From Octopus sinensis (Eukaryota): 64,000 nucleotides of DNA. The stretch lies in NCBI RefSeq assembly GCF_006345805.1, contig NC_043011.1:31570464-31634463 (forward strand), given 5' to 3'. How positions within the stretch are numbered: the stretch's first letter is position 1; every line of letters starts with the position of its first letter. The notes beneath the pieces are model-generated. The model searched no databases. It had not been told where the DNA came from and saw only the letters and a program-made list of their open reading frames with translations. Of the stretch, positions 38,387 through 53,069 are shown one piece after another. Both the position numbers and the translations under genes were made by a program.

Positions 38387-38899
38387 ATTCTTTTTATTTT
38401 TATTTATTCATCTTTACCATCTTTTCATGTCTATGTTTCCATGCTTGTATGGGTTGTAGGAAATTTGTTGAGGCAGATTTTCTATGGCTGGATGTCCTTT
38501 TTTCCTTACTTGTTTCCAGATCAATTAATATTTCTCTATAAACCAGACAGGTCTTTCACAGAAGACTGAAATTGAACAACGTTTTTTATGTTAGCAATGT
38601 TTGTTTATAGCAGTCATAAGATGTTATGGCAAGGGTGCACATACTCATGCCCAATACAACAGGCTTCTTTCAGTTTCTGTCTACCAAATCCACTCAGAAG
38701 GCTTTGAGTCCAGGGCTGTAGCAGAAGACTGAACTCTATGGCCCACACCTGGCCCTAGGTATAAATAAATAAACAGACTCCATAAAAATGTTTATGAATA
38801 AAAACATTTTGAACCGGGTGTTAAGTCCACAACAACATTGGGGATGGATAATGATGAAGTTATAGGATTTATTATTATTACGAGTATCTGTCATAGTTA

Positions 38900-39110
38900 A
38901 GGCAGTGAGCTGGCAGAATCATTGGCACACCATACAAAATGCTTTGCAACCTTTTTTTCCAGCCTTATGTTCTGAGTTCAAATTCCACTGAGGTCAGCTT
39001 TGCTTTTCATCCTTTTGGTACTTACTTTAGAACCACTTGAGCAATCCCTTGATGTAGTCAATAACCCTCTTCCCCTAAATTTCAGGCTTTGTGCCTATAG
39101 TGAAAGAATT
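38900..39110 (+). mobile_element. CpG-decayed family A SINE (intronic)
   Basis: gagctggcagaatc...ctgagttcaaattccactgaggtcagctttgcttttcatcc. Similar intronic copies at ~36280, 41875, 44495, 48285 and 61740. Confidence 0.75.
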
Positions 39111-39119
39111 GTTAGTTGT

Positions 39120-39196
<77 letters not shown>

Positions 39197-42100
39197 TATA
39201 CATAGACTGGTGCTTCCATATATTTTCATTGCTTCACATTTAATTAGATGAAACGAGTTTCATGGTTATTAAATAGATGAATTATCTTCCAAATAATTCA
39301 ACTCTTGCTTTGTGCTTAAGATTACCCTTTCTAGGAAATGATAAAGAGTAAAGATATGTGTGTGGTGGTGGTGGTGGTGGGGGTAATTTTTCTGTGCTAT
39401 ATGAAACACTTACTGATTGGCTACTTATTTGATGTTAGCTATGTTTAAGCCAATTGGGAAATGCATTATAGAATCTTGACCTAAATTTATTTTGACGTAA
39501 GGTAGAGGTAGGGTAAAGATTTGGGCTTAAACTTTTTATGGCATGAAGAAAAGCAAGATTTTTTTCCCTATTCCTATGAGAGAGGGCATTTATATATTTT
39601 GCTTGCTATCTTTACCTCATATAATATACAGGTCATTAAAATTTATTCTGCTTACAAGTGGAATGAGATTTGTTGTAGTTTCTCTGGGGGCTGCTTCAAA
39701 CTGTTCGCTTGGTTTGCTCCCTTTTGTTACAGAAAGCTTGGCTGTTAGAATGCTCATTAATTCTTTCAAATTTGAAGCTAATGAGCAAATTAGATTATCA
39801 GTAAGAGCAATTTCAAAGAGAGATCAAAACTGCTGTCGTTCTTACTTAAAATACTTATGAATTTTTATGACATTCTATTTTATCCCAATAATTAGGTTAA
39901 ATTAAATGGTTTCACCCCTTCCCCCCATATGCTTAAATGTTGAGAAAATTATCAGTGAGTTATAGGACGCTTTGTGGTATTTCTTCTGGGTTTTTACATT
40001 CTAAGTTCAGAGCCTTTTTGTATTGCGGACTTGACCCAGTTTAACACTATCATCTGATCCTGAGGTACTTTTAGCAGAGGAGCAATCCTGTTGCAAACAT
40101 TTGAGTCCGGTTTCCAGTGTGAGGATGAATACTTCCCTCACTTCTATCTTTCCTGCAGCCAGTTTCAAAGACCCCCCAAAAAGTGACATGGGTACTATAT
40201 CTTCTGAACAAGCAATAAATCATCATCATTATCATATTCATTTAGCGTCCATTTTCCATACTGGCATGGGTTTGACAGTTTGACTGGCAAGCTGTACCAG
40301 GCTCCAGTCCGATTTGGCTTGGTTTCTATGGCTGGATGCCCTTACTAATGTCAACCACTAGTGGATGCCTTTTACGTGTCAGAAACAAAATAGTAATTAA
40401 CTGCAAAGCTTTATAAGTTACTAAAATTTTGCTAATTGCTCATGGATATGTAATGGACATTATCATCATCATTATTTCACAGAATTAATTTTTAAAAAAT
40501 TTTTCTTTTGCAGAATTGTTATTTTTTTCTGTAAATAAAGGGTTGTTCTTTGAGATAGCAAATGATTGTCAGTTAGTCCTTATGTTGTCTCTGAGCAATG
40601 AATAAAGTTTATGAATTAGATATCATGGGTGCCGCTATATATACATATATATATAAAACACTTTTGTGTCTTGTTTTACTGTGAATGTATTTCAGTTAAT
40701 TTTGAAAGTAATAAAGTAGTAAATTTGTATGGATTCAGTAAATTACTTTTCTCATTGATTGATACATTAAACTGGTTTTTGAAATGTAACTTCTAAGCCA
40801 AAAGTTCTTGCTTAAAATTATCATTGGTTTTAATTTAAATATGAACATATTGAGGTTTTGCTTCATAGACCTGACTAATATCAAAAGAGTTAATTTTGAA
40901 TTTTAAAGCGTTCATAGATCTTAGTTAACAAGCACACAATGGTAAAACTATCATGTTGAGTTAGAGTTCTTCAAACTTTGAGGGCTCTAATTATGATGCT
41001 TGAATGTTATTTTAGATAACTGAAGAACAATATATTCCCTCTCTCCTTCCCTCCAAACAATCTTCAAATTAATTTTAAAATAATGATCTTGCATGTTGTG
41101 TAGTTACATTACTTTACAAAATACTCCAAATTAAAAAAAGATATTTACTTTTAACTACAGGACATATCTGTAATGTCAAAAAAATGTTTTTGGTTTAATT
41201 CAAAATTGCTTGCTTAACTACTTTGAGTAATTTCACAGGTATATGTTGCAAACTGTGTGGATTTCATTGGCATAAGATAATGTAGTAGATTAAGATAACT
41301 TGGTGTAAAAGGCAGTATATAACCATGCTAAAATATCTGCTTGTGTCCATTACTATTTTAGATGTTTTAACAATTTTCATAATTGTGTTTTTTTCTTTTA
41401 CTTTCTTTCTTTTTTTTCTTTTAGCTGAATGCTCAGTTGTGTTTATTCATACCTTATGATTAAGTAAAAAGTACATTAGGAGTATTTAAATCTCAGACAT
41501 TGATTTCTAATTTTAAATAGCTTTCATTTTCTTTTAAAAAGCATCACTATCATTTCTATATTGTTATGGAATACAGTGGGTGAAAAAATAGCTGTATGGA
41601 AAGTATACAGCCTGATAGAAAACTGAAAACTTAAATATTGTTTGTGATGTAAGGAAATAGTTTATTACAGTGTATGATGGATTGGTAAAATTGTTAGAGA
41701 GGGAAACAAACTGAGTTCAAATCCTACCCAGGTTATCTTTGTCTTTCATCCTTCTGGGTTTGATAAAATAAAGAACCACTCAAGTACTGGGCCTTGTGCC
41801 TATGTAAGATATCATTATTTGGAAGTGTAGACTATCATGAAAGCTTTCAGAATTACTTTTGATAACAAACAGGGGAAGCTGGCAGAATCATTACTTTGCC
41901 AAACAAAATGCTTAGTGGCATTTCTTCCAGCTTTACAATCTGAATTCAAATCCACCAAGTTGATTTTTGCCTTTCATCCTTTTGGGGTCATTGAAATAAG
42001 TACCAGTTGAGCACTGGAGTCAATTTGATCAACTCCCCCCCCACTCAAATTTCAGGCCTTGTGCATATAATAGAAAAGGGTAATGAACAAGGGAGATTTT

Positions 42101-42654
42101 CTGCTGTAATTTGCATATCACTTAGTAATTTACTATTTCTAGAGTTTGTGAAGTGGTCATCCCTAGCTTGTAGAGGTGTCAATCTCATCGAATTTATTGT
42201 ATTTTAATAAGTGTGGAGCTCACCCTGTGTGTGTGTTATACACCTATAATATCCAGGTCAAAGCATTTCTTTAGTAACTGACTAGTAAGATAATAATTTC
42301 ATTTTTACTGCTTCTGATAAAATTGAAACCTAGTTTCAACTAAGAATTGTTTGGTAGTAAAGTGGTTATAGTTTACAAAATAGTAGTAATAATAATAATA
42401 ATGAATTAACTGGATATTAAATGAAACTAAAATATATAGGTGTATATGGTTAGATCAAGAAGAGGCACTGCAATGTTTATTTATTTATGAAATTGTTTTA
42501 TCATGGTGACCTTATGAGTCATCAGAGAACATCCTATTTGTTGTAGATCCAAACTCCTGTAGATATAACTAAATACAAGATACATGACTACACTTTGAGT
42601 ATGTGTCCTGTTTCATCTATGATTCTTGTAGTAGTTATATATTGCCTCATTTAC

Positions 42655-42885
42655 TCAACCCTTTTGCCTCACAGATTACTCTGTCAAATATGATGCTTAT
42701 TTATTTACATTGTTTTGGAATTAATCACATACTATCTCATCAGCTTCAATATTTTGATAATGTGATTGATTATTTTTAGAATAACATTATAGGGTAGGTA
42801 TGAGAAGCCAGATCTGACTGGTTTGAACATGAGAGAGGTAGAATGTTTGGGCCGGATATGGCCTGTTTCAGTGCTAAAGGATTAA
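42655..42885 (+). mobile_element. piggyBac-type MITE
   Basis: TCAA-CCCTTT...AAAGGA-TTAA ends, with a body homologous to 50303-50503 and 58505-58725. Confidence 0.65.
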
Positions 42886-43089
42886 ATTTACATTTAAAAT
42901 CTGCTCTATGTATTTATTTAGAAATCAACATATTGTAGAGAAGTCCTATCTTTGTTGCTGTGAACATAAGGAAAGCTGATATTGTTGCTATGATAAAGAT
43001 TTTGTTTTTCTACAATTTGCTTTGCAGTTCTGAATACATGTTATAATATATTTGTTAATTTTTTTTTATTCTTTTTTTTTTAAACACAG

Positions 43090-43168
43090 ACCTGGACAGT
43101 TTACTCTTGGTGACAGAATGAATATTGCTACAGATAAAGAACTTAGTGATTTACTTGATTTTAGTGCA
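43090..43168 (+). CDS. TCF12: E-protein (TCF3/4/12, daughterless family) exon encoding the activation domain 1 motif, PGQFTLGDRMNIATDKELSDLLDFSA
   Basis: TDKELSDLLDFSA matches the vertebrate TCF4/TCF12 N-terminal AD1 motif. Poly-T plus CAG acceptor at 43089 and GTAAGT donor at 43169. The invertebrate gene is co-orthologous to TCF3/4/12, so the symbol is nominal. The next exon was not found in the window. Confidence 0.9.
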
Positions 43169-46100
43169 GTAAGTTGAACACTTATTATTATTTTACATTA
43201 ATGCACTGAACTATCACCTCTGTTTTCATCACACTGAAGTAGAATTTTCTGCATACGCAGTTTGTTTCTATGTGCAAAAGGTTTCATATTTTCAATGTAT
43301 ATTAAATTAGATTATCGAAAAAAATATTTTAAACTGGTTTCTGGAATAGATTTATCATTACTTTTTAGATTTTTTTTGTTAATTTTAATTTTATTTAATT
43401 TTATTTTGTGTAACATCAACTGCTTTCATTGCCTATGTGTATAATTTCAAATTGAGCATTAAAATATTTTATCTTTTTTTGCTGGAAGCTATTTTGATTT
43501 CAATTTCTTTTAATTTAGTAGCTAAAAGTAGCTTTTGGATTACAAGTTTAATAATAAAAAAAAATCTTCTGAGTGAAATAATTCATTATTTATTGAAATG
43601 GAAATTTGAATTTTAATACATAGCTTTGGAGAGTCCTAGATTGGATAGTAAGAGCGCCATATTTACAACACCATCACACTTAAAAACTAGATTTTTGATA
43701 AAAGTCGTACCCTTTGGTTTTGTTTATAATTTATAGATTTTAGAAAATAGGCTTGGATGAGATTAATTGTCCAATAGAATTTAGATGATCAAAATGAGTA
43801 CAAATTTTTTATAATATTTGTGTGAGTACTATCTGAATTTACAATGCAGATTTGATTTGTGGTTAAGTAATTTCATTTCACTTTTTTCCATAGCAGTTTC
43901 TAAATAGTTGAGAGAGAGAGAAAGATGAACTCTGACTTCTAGATATCAAGGAAAAGTTCAGTTTCATTTCATGCCTCATATATTGGCATTACTTTACACT
44001 GATTTATTTTTGATATTTAACTAATAATATTTTCAACATTAGGGAATCTTGAACTGAGCTGCAATTTTGTGGGCAGTTGTACATGTCCTTTTATTGTGAT
44101 TTATTGCAAATTAAGTTATTCTGGTCAGAAATTTTTGACTTGATTTTCTGGCACAGTTTGTTGTAACAGTTTTATAACTACTTTTGATAGATAACATGTA
44201 CTTCTACAAGCTGTTTCAAAATATATAATTGGGATATTACATCTGGTTCAGTTTTAGAAAAGAGATGAGATAAAGCTGTATTGAGTTGTTACAGTTTCTA
44301 ATTTGAGCTGTAATTAGGACCATTTAGAGTAGTGATTGATTTGACAACAGTCAATCACTGCCATATGATGATTCCACCAGTTTTTACTAATAGAGTACGG
44401 TGATAATTGAAAATGACTTAACATAAAAATAGTGTTTAGTTTTAAGATTTGTCGGGAACTGTTTACTGTGATAGTATTTAATACACTGATAAGGCAGCAA
44501 GCTGGCAGAAATGTTAGCACACCGGGCAAAATGCTTGGCAGTATTTCCTCTGTTTTTATTTTCTGAGTTCAAATTCCACCGAGGTTGACTTTGCCTTTCA
44601 TCCTTTCAGGGGTCGATAAATTAAGTACCAGTTGCATACTGGAGTCGATCTAATTGACTGGCCTCCTCTCCAAAAATTTCAAGTCTTGTGCCTAGAGTTA
44701 GAAAAGAGTATTTAATACACTGATCAACATCATAAATCAGTTTGTCTTCATGCAGTTCTTCTGTCTTTTTTTTTTCATTAATACTCTATTTCAAATGCTG
44801 GCCATTGATGTTAAAAAGATTTTGGTTAGCTTCTTTGAAGATGTATTGCTAAGAAACATGAATATATCTCTTTGTAAAATGTTTGACTGCTCTACAAAAT
44901 ATATTTCCACTGATTGTCCTCTGCTTTTCACTGGCTCAACTCTCCTTGGTGGCTCAGGTTACACAATTTCCTATTTGCTTTTCCCATATACTCCTGTTTC
45001 AATTCAGAAGCAAGTTGTTATCCTTTTTATTCTTGTTTTTATTCACAGTTCCTATCATCACAACCTCTCCTTCATGCACACATTGGATTGTACTTAGACA
45101 TTTTCAATCATAGTCTTATATTGTCACCTATGAATGTTTACAGATGTAAAATATGGCCTGTCTTTTTATAAAAGTATAAATTAGTTGTTATCAATAAAGA
45201 CTTTTTTTAATAACTATAGTTGTACTGTTTCAAATGTCTTTATCATCAGTCTTGATTTGCTTAATGGTACTACACTTTCTACTTACATATACTTTGGTTC
45301 TTATCTAATCTCTTATATTTTTTTGTTTTCTATGTTTGGTTATTTTACTTCAGCTTTGAATGAAAAATGCTGTTTTTGGCATTATAAAATGTCTGCTTAC
45401 TAAGAATGCACAAGATCACTATTGCAGTTTCTATTTAGTTTTTCTCCACTTTAATTATCTCAGTAAAGTACTGGTACTTCTTTTCATCAACCAAAATTGG
45501 CTTCAACAGGATTTTAATTTTTTAAAAATTAACAATTCTCTAAAGGTCTTACTGGTGAAATTGTCAAGATTGGCTTTGTTACCATGTGAAATCTTAATAT
45601 TTGACTTCCGAGCTACAAAAACACAGAATTTGTCAAGTATGTTGTCAAAACATTTAGGATGTGTGATTTTGATAAAGTTTTTAAGTCATTAGTGATTTAG
45701 CAGGTGCAACAATGTGATCTTTCTTTTATTTTGTTTAGCTGGTTTGTTTTTGTTGTCAAAGATAGCATCTTATATCATCTATTGTTTAAGGTTTCTTCTG
45801 CATTTATTATAAGGTGTTCAGCATTATTATTAGAATGTGACATAATTCATTTTTTAAACCCATTTGAGACTTGTATCCACCTTAGAAAGTACTAGGAATA
45901 AATATGCTTTAGAAAAAACTACTTTCATGCAGTGTTAGTTTAGATCAAGATCCAGTAATGAAATGTAAACATCGTTGTTTATGATTCTCAAGTCGATTTT
46001 TGGAACTTTTTATTTTTTCTTATGCTGCATTTTCACTCAACTAATTATTTCAGTATCTATGAGGTTTTGAATTATTATTTTGTGATTATCTCAATCAAAA

Positions 46101-47030
46101 AGTATGATGATTTTACTTGTATATGTTTTATATTCAGCACATCAAATATGTAGTGTGCTTATAAATAGCATTTATGTTGCTGGGTGAGCTAATATTAGAT
46201 GGTGGAAATATAAGATGACAAAGAAATTACAGTTTGTATGCTAGCTTCTTTTTGTTCATACATAAAGAAATGCAGTATACATACAGGGATAGATACATTT
46301 ATACATATCAATGAGAAACCCTGTGACCAAAGTAAAGAGATTCATCTTGGATTATGGGGAGATCTTGTTGCCAGATTTTGCTAACATTCTCTGAAAACCA
46401 GCCAAATATGTCATTTTTACTTTGATGATTTTTCCCAGTTAATAGCGAATGAAAGGCAGCAATAGGAACTATTTCTTGCAATAGACTTAGAGAATTGAAA
46501 AATATAGAGAGAGATTCATTTGACTTCAGAATGAAGCCAAACTATAAAATATTTGTGTGCAGAAGGAATGGCAATAACAAAGTGAGTCTCTGTCAGAAAG
46601 CAGTGAAAGTTCAAACTACCTGTTGGACAGTACACTATATTATTAGTGATCAAAATTTGATATCAGTACTGTAATTAACAGAATATAGTTCATATGCTAA
46701 GGTTACTTTTTTTAATTTTTTTTTTCCTTAAGTTTGTACACAGATTGATATATCCACTCTGAGATAGCAGCCTAGCTGCTATTGATCTCATTGAATCCTA
46801 TTTGTTGTTACCATTGTATGTGTACATGTTTTACAAGCATACAGACACACACACTCGAGCATATATATATATATATATATATATTAAGTTACTGTTGTGT
46901 TAAAAGCGTTTTGTTATATTGCTATACTGTACTACAGAATATCTTTAGATATTTCTAACCAACACTGTACATGTACATATTGAGAGCTGTAAACAACTTA
47001 TCTGTATGTACAACAAGGAACAGCTGAGCA

Positions 47031-47155
47031 TACAGTAATGCATTGAAATATGAGTTAATTTATTCCTGGAGAAATCTTGTAAAACGAAAACTCGTGAAAA
47101 CTCATAAATCTGGGGTCTCATAAAGCGGGTCCTCGTAAACTGACATATTACTGTA
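47031..47155. mobile_element. Small Tc1/mariner/pogo-type MITE
   Basis: TA-CAGTAAT...ATTACTG-TA ends. Confidence 0.4.
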
Positions 47156-50100
47156 TTTCATTTGTTTAATTGAGATTTTATCAGCAACTGTGCATCCTCT
47201 TTAGCCGTCTGTGAACCTAACATTATTGAAGTGTTTGATATATTACATAACAAATATACATAAACAAGAACATTGCACCGAAAGAATTTAATTTTGATGA
47301 TACAATAAAAATTGTATCACCTAATTACTACACTTAATTATCAACTTTATATATTGTCAATCACTCAACACCATGCTATACTAATTGATAGATGAGCAAT
47401 TGAACACTCATGTAGAAAGATCATGCACACAAATATGCCAATGTATGTATGTATGTATATGCTTCTCTCTCTCTCTCTCTACATATCATGGACTTTCCCG
47501 TTTGTTGGACAATGTATGAGGGTTCAGCAGTTTCTTGCCGAGCAACCACACAGTTGATTTGTTTATAGTGAACAATGTTTGTATATACATAAGCTCACTC
47601 CCTCCATCAAATCGACATTACCTGTACAGGTGCAACAGATGCCACATGTCAGATAACGAAATGATCGCAGTGCAATGTGAAATGAAGTGCTTTGCTCAAG
47701 AACATAGCACAATCCCTGGTCTGGGAGTTGAACCCTTGGTCTTGCATTCATGAGTGCAACACCCTAACCACTAAGCCATTTGTCTTCACAGTATATATAT
47801 ATATATATATATATAACGTGTATGTGTGTGTGTGTATGAATATATAAAACAAAAGCAAGAATGGAGAAAATCACATCTTTAATTGGTGATAACACCATAC
47901 ATTACCAAGTGCTTTATAGATATTTGCCTTGGTTTATTAATCCCGAAAACAAACACACACTGGGATTTAGGAATAAAAGAAAGCTGTTAGTACATATCTC
48001 TGTTTATTTGCATGCCATTTTTTTTTTTTTATGTGCATGTATGTGTCTACTAGTTTGCTGTTCAGTGCTTCTAATAGTTTCTTGTTGTTTTAGTGATCAG
48101 ATCTTTGATCAAAATCATTCTTGATCTGCTAAAAGTAGCTGACAAGTCTGTTTATCAATGCATACCCTATTGCCTTAGAAAATGATACATTATATTATGT
48201 AGATCAAGGTTTTCTGCACATAGGAAAAAGACAAGATAGTGGTGGATGGAATGCTTCTTTCTCTCTCTCTCTCTCTCTCTCAAAGGTGGAAAGCTGGCAA
48301 ATTGTTGGCAAGCTGGACAAAATGCTTGGCATCTGCCAAGGTTGACTTTGCATTTCATTCTTTTGGGGCCAGTGAAATAAGTACCATTTGAACAACTGGG
48401 GTCAGCCTGTTCATCTAGCTCTGCTCACCAAAATTTCAGGCCTTGTGCTTATTATAGAAAGGGAAGGATTATTTTGCTGTCTCTGAAATATTGCTCAACA
48501 TATACTTGCATTTAAAGTGTTGTTTTGCCAAGGTTTTAGATTCATTTTAACTGTTCTAAAGATTCTCCCAGTTCATCTCTTTTATACTCTGTATATATGA
48601 AAACTTGTCTCACTATCAAAATGCTATGTTTAAGGTAGCATGTTGGTTCTAGTTCTTATGAAATGAACATGGGATTAAAATTGGTAACGGGAAGATATAC
48701 AAAAATTCATGATGAATGCTGAATAAAATATTTTTATGTGAGACATTTTTGTAGCATTCTACTGCATATAAGAAAGCCCTTGTAATTTCATAATTAACTG
48801 TATTTTCATGAATAAAACTGCATTCACATGTGTCCCTGTTCCTCTTGTTAATTTACTTGTCATAAAAATTCTGACTTCAGTTTTAAATAAGCTAATTACT
48901 TTCTGTACTGAAGTTGCAACATTCAGTGAAGTTGACACAAGGTATAGTCATTATTCCACTCATATAGCTTATTAGCTAGTCATAACACTTCTGTACTTTA
49001 TTACCCCTCATTAAGTGCTTTCAGATTCTATCATCAGTTTATTATTAGTCTGATGAAATCTTCAGTTTTCTCAGGAAAATGTCTGTAATAAATGTTGTGA
49101 TTATATTAAATGTTGTTGAGTCTCTTTCTGAGTTATCATAACCATTTAATACAGAACCTAGCCGTTTGTGTGGCCTCTTTTAGATGATATACAACTATTT
49201 ATTGTTTTACTTTTTTGGTTCCATTACTTAAGATTGTCTGAGATACGCTTGGAATGATCCTTCTTATTACTGGCCTGTTGCTCTTATTGATGGAAATAAA
49301 AATTAAATAGTTATATTAGTTTTACACACCATGGCTACTGTACATATCAACTTCAATGAGGTAGTTTTCGTTAGTTGAATAAGAGGGATATGTGCATGTT
49401 GGTAGCCTGAGCACTACTAATTTCTTATGTATGTCAGTCTTAATCCATTATTTAACTAATTGTATTCTGGTCTCTTGCAATCATTTTTGCTTGCCAGCTT
49501 CTCTAATTTAACTTCTTTTATTGCCTTCACTACATCAAATTGTTACTTGTTAACATCTACATTTAATACATTAGTTTTGTATTCTCATTCTATAATACAA
49601 ATTGCTTCACCCTGCAAAACAAATTGAATGATACTATTTTAGTTTTGTTTTCAATTTAAACTTTAAATTTTCTAAAAGAATTGCATATTGTATAATCTAA
49701 CTTCTGCTGTTGCGGAGGAACAGGCTGTAAATCTTATGCAAAACAAACCCTTCAAGTGCATCAGTAACGGTAATAGAGGACATTCTGATGCTTTGAATTA
49801 TAGGGGTCAAGATCCTTTGAAGGTTCTCTATTGCAAACATGCCACAATGGAAAAATGAAAATCCAGTGTTGTTGTTGTTGTTAGTGATACTAAATCATTC
49901 AACATTTTTCATACTAATTCATCTGAAACTGCATCTGGTTCTTTGATACAGACTACATGTTTTGAGTGTTCCAGGAAATGCATTTAGTATGATTCACTAA
50001 TTGTGCAAAATAGGTTGGATTAAGGTATGTTGAGAGAGTGGCTCAATACCAGAGGCATTCTATAGATATAGATGCGATGACTACAATGATATAAGATATG

Positions 50101-50302
50101 ATGAGTGGCAAAATACTAAAAGTTAGCACTGGAAGGTACACATGTTAAATTGTTATGTTAAATTAAAGATTACTGTGGAAGAACTATTAGACCAATTTTG
50201 AGAATGTTTAATTTACTGATGAAATGAAGTAGTATTGAGGCATCTAATAAATTACTCTAGAGTGGAGACTTCTTCATATATTGCAAATGTGGGAAATAGT
50301 AC

Positions 50303-50503
50303 TTAACCCTTGAGCATTCAGATTATTCTGTCAAATGTAATGCCTATTTACCCATAATGTTTAGCTTTGAAATTGTCATGATGTGATTGCTTATATTTAG
50401 GACATTGTTGAGTAGGTGTGAGAGGCTGCATCTGGCTGGTTTGAACATAAAACATGTAGAATATTTTGGACTGATATGGCTTGTTTAAATGCTAACAGGT
50501 TAA
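50303..50503 (+). mobile_element. piggyBac-type MITE
   Basis: TTAA-CCCTT...ACAGG-TTAA, same family as 42655-42885. Confidence 0.7.
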
Positions 50504-50599
50504 AATGATTATGGTGATATATTTAGCAAAGAAGTTGATAAATAGTTGACATGAATTTGAGATTGGACAGCATTTTGTAGAAGTTATGTATGTATAATG

Positions 50600-50910
50600 A
50601 GGCAGATCCTGTGTTGTGCAAGATACCCAGCCTCCTCGTCCTTCTTCAGCAACAATGCTCCAACTCTCTGAGCTACATACATTGGATGTTAAATGTGAGG
50701 ATTCCAATACTTGCTGTATGGTAAACTGGCTTCCAGCAAGAGGACTATGGATGGATAATTCCATCATCATTTCATAGATGTCTGCAAGAGAAATATTATT
50801 AAGTTTCTGTACACAAAAGTTGAAAAGTGGGCAGACATTGCTGATGATTGCTCCCACTGGAGATAGGAACTAGGCAAGGGTTTAAAAAGACAAGAGAAGA
50901 GGCTGAGGCT
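50600..50910 (+). pseudogene. RTE-clade LINE C-terminal relic
   Basis: KIPSLLVLLQQ..., YGKLASSKR and DVCKRNII...VEKWADIADDCSHWR*ELGKG resemble IPS...LL.QR.LRW, YGELA.GKR and DVCKRD...WE..A.DR..WR. Confidence 0.7.
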
Positions 50911-53069
50911 CACTGATGAAGAAAAGCAAAATTAATGGAAAAATCCCTGCAAGGAAAGGAATGGTGGTCAGCCCCTTTAAACACAGTCACTGCAGCTGGG
51001 CTGTCATTCACATGTGAGTCTCTGTAGTCACAATAGATGCTCCTCCTCTGTGTACACACACACACACACATGTATATATATCTATAGAGAGATATGAGAG
51101 CGAATTCCGATTTTTACCAGTTATTTGCTTAATTGAATTAATTACAATACATGAAGTTCATGTTTATGCTTTGCTAGTCTACTCGATTGTCTGTGATGGA
51201 AAGGGACTTTTTGAATCAATTGGCACATTTTAAAGTGAAGTTAGTGTATTACATTGATATGATATATTTGGGGAAGTAATTCTGAAAGGGAAGTTAAGCT
51301 AGTGTTCTGTTAAAAAATGAAGGGGAAAAAAAAACCCCAACTTTTTCTGAAAGTATATTTGTACACTTCTATATAGGTCTGAAGAGATACAAAAAAAAAA
51401 AAAAAGAAAGCAAACAAAAAAGAGATTCTGAGTTTTTCTAAATATTCTTATATTATTGCTTATATAGTAATAAAAATACCATCTCATTTTACACTAAAGT
51501 GGTTACTACTGGGAAGTACTTCCAGCTGTGAAATATCAGTGTTAAAGTATGAAAGCACAAAGACACACACATGCAACTGCTTACTGGACTGGTTGTAGGA
51601 TGCTGAATTTAATAACTCCTATGTGATTTTAATACTTTAAAAAAAAGTTCAGTTTATCCTCTAAGATCAAAAGATAATGGTTAGGTTATATATAGAACTG
51701 AATTCTACAAGATCTCTAGTCAAGTACAAGAAGTATTGTATTTAACTTATTGGTAGTTTGTTTTTCATAGTGTCATCTATTTTATTTGTTCTGTTGAAGT
51801 ATAAAAATATTTTAGCACTAGAAAATACTTTGAAATTTTGATTTGAAAATTCAACTCTATGAACCCTGTTTTGATGACCAACTGTAAAACACAAAACATT
51901 TAAACATACACATTATATTAATTATAATAGAGTGCTGAATAAAATACAGTAGAGTATTTTATTTCCTATCTGTTTTCACATGAAATCTCACTGAGCTGAA
52001 CTTTAATGTCTCTTGATTTAAAACAAAAAAAAAAAAGAAAAGAAACATATATAGATGTTTAATTAATTTACTGTACCTGCTAGCATCTATAACATCTAGT
52101 CAAAGAAAACTAAATATATTTTATCTTTTTTCCAACTAGTTGGCTTGGTCACCTATATTTAAATATTCATGATCTGATGATGCTGATCAGTTTAGTGTAT
52201 TTTCTCATATTGCCATGGGTTTGACAGGTCTGCAATGCAATATGTGTATTTCAATTCTGTGCTATCAAATCTGTATGGAAGAAGGTTTTTATCTAATTAT
52301 GTCATGAGCCAGCAAGGGAACCTCTTCATGGTTGCTTCACTCACTAGATGTAGCTGCCGAATCTCCTTTACATCACATTCTACTCTCTCTAACAAAAGGA
52401 AAATGTTAAATTACGCACCAAATGCATTTTAAAAGAAAAAAAAAGTGAAGACATGCTGGTCATGTTTGGGATGCTTTTGTTATAGGTTTGCTTTATTATT
52501 AATTTTCTTTTCTTTTTTTTTTTTGCCTTGACCACATTAGATTGACTGATTATATTGTCTATTTATCACTGATTAAGAAATATTTGTTGATAAAAATTAT
52601 AATGCTGAATGTGTGTGTATCAACATATAACATGTGACTTCCATCTTAACATGAAACCAAAGTGACTTCCCTTTCTATCATCCTTGATAAATGAGTCTTA
52701 ATGCATTGTGTTTGAAGGTCAGAACTTTGAACTGACTAGCCTGTTACCTCAGTCACCTACTCTGAAGATATGAAATAGAATTCACTCAGTTGAAGGGGAT
52801 CTTAGTCTTGCAACTTGCATGGTGACTCCACTAGTGCTGGTGTCAAAAGAAGAAAAGTAAAAAAGCACACCCACTATTCGTTGTAAAGTGGTTGGCACCA
52901 GGGAGAGCATCCAGTCATAGAACCCGCGGCAAAACAGACACTTGAGTTTAATGCAGTCCTTGGAGCTCTGATCCTCTTAAACCATCCAGCCCATGCCAGC
53001 AAGGAACATGGTTATTAAATTCTGATACCCATCTCTCTCTATATGTGTTGTTATATATATATGAGGATC

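Noticed and set aside
40040-40191. Open frame SSDPEVLL...PPKSDM ending at a GT as an alternative E-protein exon
   Set aside because: The phase-1 end is out of frame with exon 43090 (it reaches TGA) and there is no recognisable homology.
49676-49860. ~60-codon open stretch (VAEEQAVNLMQNKPFKC...) as the next exon
   Set aside because: No MFSPP-like start, no convincing in-frame acceptor, and it ends in a stop.
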